From the NCBI GenBank assembly GCA_905331295.1, contig CAJNYD010000062.1:186001-250000 (forward strand): a DNA stretch of 64,000 nucleotides, given 5' to 3'. Positions within the stretch are counted from its first letter, which is position 1. Every line of letters begins with the position of its first letter. Origin of the DNA: Rotaria socialis. Its lineage: Eukaryota. The notes beneath the pieces were generated by a model. The model was not told the origin of the DNA, searched no databases, and worked only from the letters and a program-made list of their open reading frames with translations. The position numbers and the translations under genes are program-made. Positions 13,617 through 29,073 of the stretch are shown in pieces.

Positions 13617-14926
13617 ACGGGTGGGCCATAAAGAATGAGGGTCTCGATATTTCTTGGATATCTCGGTTAGTTTTCATTCGTTCTTTCTAATTTTTTTTCG
13701 AACGAATCACCATTCAATTCTCTACAAAACTGGGTACTTTCTCTTGAATTGGATTAGATTAGTTTTATTTAATATTATGAAAAGTAAAGACCTTCAAAAA
13801 CTCGTACTTTCAAAGTACGAAAATGGTGATGGACCGACAAAGATTTTTCGAGATCTCAACGGTGCCATTAGTCTTCAGACAATAGAACGGTGGTGCAAAA
13901 GCATTCGTGATACGGGCTGTATCAATTTATCAACGTCACCCGGTCGTCCGAGAACAATCCGAACCAAAGCAGCCATCCGAAAGATCAAAAACCGAGTGGA
14001 ACGTCGAAGATCTGTATCCTCTCGAAAAATAGCCCGTGAATTGGGTATTTCTCGAACAAGTATTCGGAGAATACTCAAAAATGATCTAGAACTTCAGGCA
14101 TATAAGATACAAAAAGAACCATTGCTCACTGATGAGCATAAAGAAAAAAGAATAAAGTTTGCAAATCGGATACGAACAAATTTCCGAAAAGAAGACACTA
14201 TGAATATTCTGTTTTCAGACGAGAAAATGTTCGACATTGATGGAGTCTATAACTCTCAAAACGACAGAATATGGGCGGCTAATCGTTCAGAAGCCGATAT
14301 CAACGGTGGTATTCGGCAAAAACGAAAATTTCCGCAAAAAGTTATGGTTTGGCTTGGAGTTTGTTCTAAAGGTGTATCACCTTTAGTGATTTTCGAGAAT
14401 GGGACAGTCAATCATGAAAGGTACATAAAGGAGGTGCTTCCAATTGCTCTCAAGTTTGGCAACGACACGTTTGGGAATGATTGGACCTTCCAACAAGATG
14501 GTGCAAAGCCACACACCCATGCAAAATCACAAGAATGGTGTGCCGAACACTTTCCATCATTCATTGGTGCGAACGATTGGCCTCCGAACAGTCCTGATTT
14601 GAACCCATTGGATTACTGCATTTGGAACGAATTTGCTCAACTGATCAACTGGGATGCAGTGACATCTAAAAGAACTCTAATCACCGCTTTGAAACGTGCT
14701 GTTCGTAAAATTTCTCAAGATGTTGTCTTTGAAAGTTGCTCATCTTGGACTAATCGATTATATCGATTGTCTCAAAATAGAGGAAATTACTTGAGATAAT
14801 AAAAGTAGATGGTTTTGTAGAGAATTGAACGACGAATGTTTTGAAAAAAAAATTAGGACGAACGAATGAAAATTGACCGAGATATGCAAGAAATATCGAG
14901 ACCCTCATTCTTTATAGCCCACCCGT
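13617..14926 (+). mobile_element. Full-length Tc1/mariner element, DD37D (maT) family
   Basis: TA target duplications at 13615-13616 and 14927-14928. Imperfect TIRs of about 110 bp start ACGGGTGGGC(C/T)ATAAAGAATGAGGGTCTCGATATTTCTTG. There is one internal transposase ORF. Confidence 0.95.
13777..14799 (+). CDS. DD37D transposase (340 aa, intronless, uninterrupted)
   Basis: ATG at 13777 (MKSKDLQ...). N-terminal HTH region with GRPR. Catalytic residues in ILFSDEK, FQQDGAKPH and WPPNSPDLNPLDY, with 37 residues counted between the 2nd and 3rd Asp. Confidence 0.93.
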   Translation: MKSKDLQKLVLSKYENGDGPTKIFRDLNGAISLQTIERWCKSIRDTGCINLSTSPGRPRTIRTKAAIRKIKNRVERRRSVSSRKIARELGISRTSIRRILKNDLELQAYKIQKEPLLTDEHKEKRIKFANRIRTNFRKEDTMNILFSDEKMFDIDGVYNSQNDRIWAANRSEADINGGIRQKRKFPQKVMVWLGVCSKGVSPLVIFENGTVNHERYIKEVLPIALKFGNDTFGNDWTFQQDGAKPHTHAKSQEWCAEHFPSFIGANDWPPNSPDLNPLDYCIWNEFAQLINWDAVTSKRTLITALKRAVRKISQDVVFESCSSWTNRLYRLSQNRGNYLR

Positions 14927-16077
14927 TATTAAAACTTATCACTCACTGGAAAATAGTAGGGAATCTATGTTTAAAATATTGAATATAATCTTCAAGCGAG
15001 TGAAGTATTATTCATTGTGTTGAACTTTGTAACATTAGTTTTTCTATAGGCATTCAATGAATTCTGCATCTTCTAAGTTGTGTCATTATAAGTTATTATT
15101 GTGAATCTTGGATTAAGTCGTTGACATATGTTTAACAAGTGCAAGACCATAGGACCAAGCACATATTAGACTGTCGAGTTCTTTAAAAATAGATGCAAGA
15201 TGTGATCATATCATACTTCTAAACTATTCGATTCGTTTAAGAAATTAAATCTTCTTACAAATATTTTCAGTATAAACCAGTTATTCTTATGTTCTTGAAG
15301 GAATATTCAATAAGCTGAAAGAATATTTTTCAAAAACCAAAATTATTAATTAGCCGACTAAACTGTTGTAGAAATGTCATAACACATCAAGATCGTATCT
15401 TGACATTCCTATCTGCCCCATCAACTCATATTCTCTACGTACGATTTACCACAACTTTTCAAGACATGTAAATGATTGAGATTGAAATTCTCCGTATCGA
15501 AAATAGCTGAATACGACACAAGTCAAGCCCTAGATGGTTGCCAATATATTTCCAGGTTAAATGCATGTCTTATACTATTTCAATTTATTATTGATTAAAA
15601 ATATGAGTTATGATGAAGAGAGATAAGTAACATCAATATGACAGACAAGACAGGTTATTTAAGAATATATTTTAATCATTGTTCATCCCGAAAATTTAAC
15701 ATGGAGTGAATAAACATAGAGAATACATTTATTTTTGAATTAATACCTTTGAGAATTAAATTTGTAGATCATGCTAGATCCAATTTGTTCCCTGAACTCA
15801 GTTCAATTCTCCTGAAACCAATGTCTAGAGTGTAAAAATTTCTATTTTATCTTACATTGAGAAAACTAATCTGACATCTTTTCTCTCATGGATTCGAATA
15901 TGACTATCGTCAACAGATTTTAAAAGTTTAGAATTTATGAAAATAATCAATAAAATCCAACTCTGTAATAGTTTTCCTTTCTTTTCTTGCCAAAGATTAT
16001 TTTATTTAACTCAAATGAACAATCAAAAGTCATAATGAAAAGAAAAGTTCTTGTCAGTTAATTTGAATTTTCAGAGT

Positions 16078-19970
<3,893 letters not shown>

Positions 19971-20737
19971 TTCGGATTAAAACACTAATGTAAACTATTG
20001 AATTGATCTAGTATGAGGAAAAAAAGAGGAATGAACTTCTGTGTTCAATTTGACCTATATCTCTTCGTCACAGTTCATTGATTATACAAAATCTCTCATC
20101 CGTGATATGTAAAATAAATCAATAAAAATAGCTTATTACAAATATTTCATAAATTATCCTCATTACTGTTTCGAATATTTGAAACAGTAGAAGATCTATT
20201 TAAAAAGAATTATTTTGAAGCATTGAAATAATTAATTAAAAGTAAAACTTCGCCCGATCAAAATGTCTCAACAACTGTATTGATTTTTCAATAGATAAAA
20301 GTTGCGCTGAAACTCTGTTACAACTTGGGTGGATAAAATCAAATCAAAATCAAATGACAACAAAGCCTTTTCTTTTGAATTAATCCATTTATTATAAATA
20401 CACATAGTTCTGAAGGAGGTTAAATTTCTACGTATTAAATCAAAAATATAGATGCGTAGTGATGCACAAAACTCTCTGGTGCGTTCTTTTTATCGTTGAT
20501 GTAAATGCAAAGAGCATTGATAAACTGTATCCATATATTTGTTCTTTATTAATTTAACGAGAAAAAAATCTAACAAACATTATTTCGTTGTTTCAATAAA
20601 ATAGTATGCTAAAGTCATTCAACAAATAATATAGTAATATACAAAGTCATTTAGCATCCATCGCCAAACACATAGATAGAGAAAAGATTATATGGAAAAA
20701 AATATGAACGCGACACAGAATATAAATAGAAAAAAGC

Positions 20738-23700
20738 TCAGTCAGAATACTTATGTTCGGTTGAATAATTCGATAAATTTGAAGAATCACCTAATGGTCT
20801 AATTATGATTGTTGTTGATGCTGGTAATTCTTCTCCGATAGGTGTTCTATCCAATGAATCATCTTGATAAGTATTTGAAATAGATTTTTTAAAATGTTTT
20901 GCAGTCGGTTTACTATCTTCTTTTTTAACAAGAAATGTTTCAACTAGATCAACATACGACATTAATTCATTTGCTTCATCAGCTTCAAAACCCTTCGGAA
21001 CAAAGAAAAAAAACATTATGCTTTAACAAAAAAGCAAAACACAAGTATATCTCTACTTACTTTTTCAATGGTCTGTTCAATAAGTTTTGTTAATAAATAT
21101 CGAAGTTCATCAATCTCTGTCACACAATCAACAATTAATAGTGGATCAGGTCCCTGAGCTAATTCATTTGTTTGTTCTTCATCATCATAAACCATTAATA
21201 CTTGTTGACATGATGAAATTTCTGAATTAAGATACGCTATTGTACTTTCTAATTTGGTTATTGATTCACGTAACGGTGTACACGTTGAATCTTCTGATTG
21301 TTGTGTATGACTTGTACTAATAACAATTGCATTACTTAATCGTTTACAGAATCGTTCACGTTTACGACTCACACGTTCACGATTTTCAATTAGTGAAGTC
21401 ATGTCACGACTGATACCAGCTATCAATTTTCGACGGCGAATAGCATGTGTAATCTAGAAGTAATTCTACATATCAAAAAACGAGAACGATTTTATGACTT
21501 ACACCTTGTTGAATAGCAGCGTAATGTGCAGTCATCTCTTTTGTTGTTGTACGAACTCGACCTGAACGCATTTGACGTCGTAAAAGATGTACCTATAAAA
21601 AAAGAGTATAATTTATAGGGTTTTTTTTCTAAATAAAATCTATTTTAGTGACGGGCCAAACTAAAAAATATGATCTCAATATAGTGAATATAAACAGCTT
21701 CTATTGGAAAATGATAAAATGGATAGAGAGCAGCATAAATTCCAATTGAGTGTTCTTTACTAATTATTTCTTGAGCAGAAAGATTTTTAAATTAGGTGCA
21801 AACATATCAATGATAAAATATCAATAACTAGAAAGCTATTGTGGATAGAGATATAGGAGATAGAGATGTACACGTCTTTTTTTTTTGAATATACATATTC
21901 TGGTATCATCTATTTAACTCAACATTTCTGTTTTTTTCTCACAATGATCAGTACAGACAACTGAAAAGATCAAAACTAAAATTTTCCGACGATCAATGAT
22001 TGTAATCATTGACTAAATATGACTTGAAAAAAATATCAATCAACATTCGAGAAATTTTCGAATCAATCTTTGTCATTCGTGGTCTTACGAATGGAACTCG
22101 TAACATTGATTTGCAAGTATGCAAAGAAGCATTGATACTTTTTGTTGATAACACAGACATTTAGCAATGCTAGAAGTTATTGATTCGTATTCTGACAGTC
22201 GATGTTGACTGGTACAGTATCATGTATAAGTTCATAATAGATCAAGTCTAAGAATATAATCCGGATGATTTTTTTTAAATGTATCTTCTAGTTCATGACT
22301 TCTTGTACGCATTTAAGGTTTATTTCTCGATAAGAATGTACTCGTTGAATGTAAAAAAAAAGGAAGTAATTGAATGGTCGTGATCAGTATATTTTACCTC
22401 TTCTTGTTTTCGTTTAAGAACTAGCTCTTTTTGTTTATGTTGAGCACGCAGTGTTCGAATCTCATTGTCTTTCTGTATTTGCGTCTATAAAAATAAAGTA
22501 AAACAAAGTTTGTTGACTTTTATTATTCTGTATATGAAATATACTCGTTTAAGTGTAGCGATTTCTTTTGCTTTTGCTTGTTCAGCTTGTTTATGTCGAG
22601 TAAATTCTTGACGTAATTCACGTGTTAGTTGAACTTTTATTTTACGTAAATCTTGTAATTCATGAGTATGTTTTGTTGATTCTTTTTTATAATATTCTCC
22701 ATCTTTTAGACAGATAGAATATTGTGCACGTAGTGTAGATAGCTGATTATTTTCAATTTCTAATCGACGAATTTTTTCTTCATAATCACGTCTAGCTAAT
22801 TTTAATTCTTCGACATTTTGTTGATCACGTCCAACAGTATCTAAATATTCAAAAAAAGATCTATAACTATTCATGAATGAACATAAGAATATTACTTAGT
22901 TTTGTTACAGCTACTAGTTTCTCATCTTCAGCATTTTGGATACGTTCGGAAAGAACTTTGATACGTTCTTCATATCGTTGACGTGTATGTTCACTACGTT
23001 TATGTGCATTTTCAAGCATTTCAAGACATTTTTGTTTTGCATTGATTTCGGTTGTTATTATCAATAATTTTTCTTCTTGTGTATCAGCTAAAAAGAAATA
23101 AAGATTTGAAAGAAAAATAGTTATTAAACAGAAAAACTCCTTTGCATTCACTTTGAGCATCATCACCGACAGCTGGTGGTACTTGTTCATCATCATCATC
23201 ATCATCATCATCTTCACTATTAGTAACATTTTCTTGTTCTTCAATTGTTGGCATACTTGACCGGTTATCAATCGGATCAGACGAAGGATTAGTTGAAAGA
23301 GAATAAAGATGTTCGATCTTTCTTTTTTTATGAATTTCATGTGGTTCTTGAGGAGAACCTGGAATAGTACTAAGACAAACCGGAATTGATTTTACCGAAC
23401 CACTACAATATATAATCGATTAAGAAAATCGAATTTTTGTTTTTATAGAACAAACTTGTCACGCAGTAATTGTTCTTGTCGTCGTAAACGGTGTATTTCG
23501 AGGCGAATATCTTCAATACATGGTTGCAATTCATCTGGCGTCATTGTGTTTTGATTGAATTCATGTAATTGTGATTGATCAATTGAAAGCGATCCTAAAT
23601 ACATTCAAAATTTCATTCAACTTAGATTAAATTACTTTTGAGAATAGTAATAATGATGGTATAAATTTGAAATTGATTTGAATAAATTTTTTATGAGCAA

Positions 23701-26700
23701 TAAAATATTAAAGAGAGATATACTTTCCCTATATTGTGTATCTGTTAGAAAATTTTTCATTTTTCAGCGAAATTTAGTCTCAGACACAAGATAGGATCAT
23801 TATCAAAATCACAATTCTGACTTTTAAATAATGAATACTGGAATATGTCATTTTTAATCTTAAGATTTTATTTGAAATAAGTACGATTACATAAATTTTT
23901 TCTCTTGTATTTATGTTGTCGTACTACAATTTATTTCTTATTCAAGCAGGTTGTATAACAATCGAACTTATAATGAACTAATTGATATTTATCATAAAAC
24001 TCACTATAATTCTCTATCTTAAACTTCGGCAATACTTTGTGCCTACTCACTTGTAGATAAACGACTTTTACGACGATTTGATATAGGACTACGTTTACGT
24101 AATACATTACTGACATCATTCATGCGTGACAATCGAGATCTAGAATTATATGAATTTATTTATATATTCTATCGAATTTAAACAGTAAATGATCTTACTG
24201 AATTTCATCACTTTTTGATAAACATTGATTTAATGCTTGATCAAAATCAAATTTTGTGTCGTTCATTCGTTGACAATCACGAACTGTTTCTAGATCATAT
24301 TTTAATGTTTGCGATACTGCACTTGTTTCATTGATTGAACGCTGTATTGTATATATGTATGAACGTATACGTTCAAGTTCTTGATTTAGTGCATTATTAC
24401 TAGTTTGTTCGAATTCAACCTGAAATTTATTTTTCTTTTCTTCATATTTATGTCTTGTAACAATAAAATAATAATTTTCTTACCGATGGTAAATGTTCAT
24501 TTTTATCAACTAATGCGCGTAATCTTTCAATTTCCATTTGTAATTGTACAATCTGCCGACTATGTTTGTCTTGATTGACTTTAACACGATTACGAATATT
24601 ACGTGCACGTTGAGCATAATTAAGTGTACTTTTGGTCTCTGAAAAATCACGATCAACTGGTGAAATACAAGCTATCATTAATGTTCGACTATTCAATTTA
24701 AAAAAAGCATACAAGTTAATTTTATTTCAACTAAAGAAATATTTACTTTACCTATTACCACCCAATGAGTCTTGTAATAGACGAGTTAATTTGGAATCAC
24801 GATAAGGTACATGTGCTCCTTTTTTCATCGGATCTCCTAATATTGAAATAACATTTCCAAGAACAAGCTAAAATAATGTTTTATTCTATATGAAACTATA
24901 AAGTTTAGTTCTGGAGTACGAACCAAACCACTATTAATACTAATGCCTTCTTTAGCACGTTGACCTGTTGCACCAGTTCGTTTTAAACTTTCTGAACCAG
25001 CTAAATCAACGAAATGAATTTTAGCACGAATTTGTTCACGAATATTTGTATCAGGTTTCTGAGTTGAGAAATAAAATAAATAAACATATCTTATAGTTTT
25101 GTTTATTTATCGAAATTACCGAGATCGATGCAATAACACGTTCAAATTGTAAATTTACAGTAAATATGGCGTGTGATCGACTGGATACACTGTTCATACG
25201 TGTTGATGCTGTTGTTCGACAAAGTGCGCCTTCTCTTAGACAATCAAGTGTCTAGAAATAGAAATATGAATAATAAAATAAATTTTCATGTACATGGTAG
25301 ACATGTCATAGCTTACAATTCGCTTCTTTTATAAAATAGGTTCTATTCTAGTACGCTTTAATATTTCAGTTACAGAATCAAAATGAACTCTTTTGTGAAT
25401 TCAAGGCATATTAAGAAAAAAAGAAGAGAAGTTCTCATCAGTGAGAGACTCACTCATTAGCTAGTTTTCATACAACTGATATTAGCTCTATAGATATCAA
25501 TAGGAAGTTGACTGGAGGTAGAATTTCTCTTGAAATACTATCAAATAAATGATCAACGATCGGTAAGTCTACGAATGGCCCATCGTCTTTTTATTAGTGC
25601 TAGTGACAGTTCGAAAGACTAAATAAAGTATTTTGTTAATAGGTGTTAATCCAAGTGGCCAATGATTCATTATGACAAACATATTTCTGATTCTCTTAAC
25701 GATGAAGTTCAATTGTTAAATAAAAAGTTATGAAATCTCTAACAGAAAGTTGCAATAATTTCATTCTAAGGTATTGTTTCTAGACGAACTAAAATTCGAA
25801 TAATTTCAAGGTCGACGCATCAAAGATCATCACAAACTATAAACTAATGTTCTTGCATATTTCATACCAGTTAAATTATGTATTAAAAAATATTTTAGTT
25901 TCATGTTAAATAAGAATGTTGTCACGTATGTTACACATACATAATGAATGCCGCAAGAGAATGCAAGCCTTACTTCGTAATATTTGGGTTAAAAATCATT
26001 ACAAACAGGAGACAACTACTCTATTTAATACGAATAGAAATAAAATTATGTCTGATAATAAATAGTTATTTTAATCATTACAAATGTAACATAGAATGGT
26101 ATTGTTTGATCAGACTGAAACATTGTGTTTTGATATTTTACTCTTGTTACTCAGTTTGCTCTATTTCTTCAGCTTCTCGGCAGTAATAATGATAACAAAC
26201 AGCTTTAAGCAAACTCGAAATCCTTCGAAAAACTTACACAGACTATTACGAATTTTAACATTCGTTTTAAGTGGCTGATTTGTAGTTTAAGTATTTTTGG
26301 CAGATTCGCATCAACATTTCACTATCCAGTTACTGCAAGTCTATTTTTATATTTGCTTATTTCTTCGTCAGGTCTCCAATTCAACACTATTACATCAGTT
26401 TCCTATACATATACAACAAAATAAAAAGTTCATATTGTTTATTGACTAGTTTTGGATAACACTATAATTTTTAAGTCATAACAAATAATTTATCTGTGCA
26501 AGAAGAAAGAACGATATAGAAGGAATGAGCAACAGCATATGACATGACATTGAACGTTTACTTAGTGCATACAGAATGTTTGATGATAATTAGTAAGAAC
26601 TGGGATTTTAATTTCGATAGTTTCGAGTTAGAAAAATATAGACTTTAAATATCTCTCTATAGCAACAGTTTATCATGATATAGATTATTTCAAATTTCGA

Positions 26701-28524
26701 ATTATGATTGCTATCAGAGGTGACCCCAGGGTCAATTTTATTGCCCTGCCTTGCTAATTAAGAATTTTTTTCATATTTTAATTCAAGTTTAAGTAATCTT
26801 TTTTATTTGAAAGATAGTTCAGCAAATAGATAAATGATCAACAAATAATAAACTAGCCCTAATTGAAAAAGTGTATATGATGATATTGCATCATCACTGG
26901 TGATCCATCAGTAGATATATTTAACGAAGAGAGAATAGAAACTTCATTTTCATCACCAGGAGAGATAGATGAAATATCAGCACATGAATCTATCGACGAT
27001 GATAGTGATGCATAGTTTTATTTTCAATAGTTTTATTGAAATAATAAGAACATGAGCAACTATTACAATTATGTTTTTCAATATATGTGCACTATTATCA
27101 CTCTTATGATTACTTTATTATTTTCTTTTGTTTTCTTACAAATTTGATTGGATCTCATACGGTCGTCATACAAACACAAATATAACATTCTATTGTGTAC
27201 TCAAAAAGTGAGTACATTAGATTCGGTCAGTGTGTCCGTCCGGCCGTTAACACGATAACTTTTGAAAGTCTCATCCAATTGTCATGAAATTTTTTTACAC
27301 AGAATGATCTCATCAATATCTCAGTCGAGTTCGAAAATGAGAAGGATCCGTCAAGAAATGGCTGAGTTATCGAGAAAATTGTCATTATTGACCAGACCAT
27401 CCCTGACAGGGAGGGGGGAGGGGGTTACAGGGATTCTTTCAAAGAAACATTTTTTCAGAATTATTCACAACATATATAAATCGACTCAGTTTTTGAAGTG
27501 CACATAACAATCGGATGCAAATCCGATGTTTCTGCATTTATTTATCGTTTAATAACGGCATCTGAATTTTTTAGTTTCTTTCACGTTTCGAGAAAAATAA
27601 AATTATTGTTATTTCCGAACTAAAGTAGGTATATGCAGAATTTACAGGGCATGAATATATAGTCCTGCCCTGTGGACATCTCTGATTGCTATGATATTTT
27701 TGAACTTGTTTGATAAAAAGTCAATAACAAACCTCATCTGCCGTTGTCACAAATCTTGTAGTAATATTTGTCACTCCTATCTCTCCATTACTATTTTCAA
27801 ATACGACATGTTTATCAATGGTTTTTTGTGAACGAAAATCAGTATTTTCTTTATTGAATAAATCATAAATATTTTCATTATAAATCTGTTTCAAAAAACA
27901 AAACAATGAAGATAAACATGATCAAACTGTATGGATATTTACTTCAATAAATTGACATGAAACAATACATTTCGGCATAGAAATACCTATTGATTCAGCT
28001 TCATGTTCATATCTAGCACATCTTTGAAATATATGTATTATGGCACGAGGTAAGACACCTTCTTTCGAAGGATCCATATATTCAATTCCACTACCCATAG
28101 TAAACGTTTTTCTAAATAAATCAAAAGAAAATTTATAGGAACTTCACTTCCTTTATGTAATACCCTGAGCCAGTTTGACCATAGGCAAGTATTGATGCAC
28201 TATAACCTTGAAAACATCCTTCAATCATATCATACACACATTCACGATAGATATCTTCTTGATTTGTTTCCGGTAAAAAAACATGATCGAATGTAAAAGC
28301 TGTACTATTAGCTAAAATAATTTCATTTGTTGCTCGTTGAATATCAACACATGTTTGACATAGATCTTGTTTTTCATTATTTGATAATGGACGAATACTA
28401 AGACGAAATAGTATTTTTTTAGTGTTACTTGATGAGCAATTATGTCGTTAGATATCAGAATTTCTTACCGAACAGCAGCTTTAACACAGCTGGCAATTTC
28501 TTTATTTGAATTTGCCAATTCCAT
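20738..28524 (-). CDS. Kinesin-4 family, KIF21-like motor protein (multi-exon; no WD40 domain)
   Basis: ATG at 28524 ([22 protein letters not shown]). P-loop [10 protein letters not shown], switch I SSRSHAIF, switch [31 protein letters not shown] and neck [14 protein letters not shown]. The coiled-coil stalk has KIF21-type segments ([29 protein letters not shown]). The last exon is 20992-20738. Confidence 0.88.
26715..27684. mobile_element. Non-autonomous hAT-like element in a kinesin intron
   Basis: Perfect 8-bp TSD ATTGCTAT (26707-26714 and 27685-27692). Imperfect TIRs CAGAGGTGACCCCAGGG / CCCTGTGGACATCTCTG with GCCCTG subterminal repeats. Confidence 0.8.
27191..27533 (+). mobile_element. 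HINE / DINE-1-like non-autonomous Helentron nested in the hAT element
   Basis: 5' hairpin TGTACTC-AAAAAGT-GAGTACA (27196-27216), followed by TTAGATTCG and GTCCGTCCGGCCGT. 3' subTIR AGTGCACA, then stem-loop ATCGGAT-GCAA-ATCCGAT (27510-27527). This matches the known DINE-1/HINE architecture. Confidence 0.6.
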
Positions 28525-29073
28525 TTTATCGGATCCTGGAATAAATACATGGACTTACAGGCAGTTAGGAGAAAAGAATGATTTCGAGAGACAAAGAACT
28601 TTCTAAGAACAAAGAATTCTGTTTATACGCGCTAAATTCATATGTACTAGTCTTAAATCGTTATCTATTATTTAATGAAATTCATTAATATTTATTAAAA
28701 TTTTTCAAAGATCTGATTTTGAAAAATCTTTTTGTTTTAGCTTACACTTATGGTAGATGTCGCTATCGAGATATATCAGATTGTTCAAATATTTTATTTT
28801 AAGAAGTAGTTTTATTTATTTTAATATCAGAAACATCATTGTTTAATAGAACAATATACTTTTTTTTAGAGAAAACATTCATAGGTTGATCTATATTACC
28901 AATAAATTTGTGCATGAGAACAAAACAAAAAATGACGCGAGGAATTAGTTATTCTTTTTTTTCTTTCCTTCGATTACATTTTTGTTGAGAAATAGTAGCA
29001 CGACAGTGCAATTTACTTGATCATACCTTATAGATAGAAAAATTTAAAAGCAGAATTAATACAAACATCTACA
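28525..29073. promoter_or_regulatory. Putative bidirectional promoter between the kinesin and CNOT4
   Basis: Divergent start codons about 550 bp apart (28524 on -, 29074 on +). Confidence 0.45.

Noticed and set aside
13654..13776. 41-aa N-terminal extension of the transposase ORF
   Set aside because: Starts at TTG inside the left TIR. The first ATG at 13777 gives a normal-sized transposase.
22867..23340. Poly-Met tract in the ORF track
   Set aside because: Wrong frame of a (GAT)n repeat. The real kinesin frame encodes poly-Asp ([11 protein letters not shown]).
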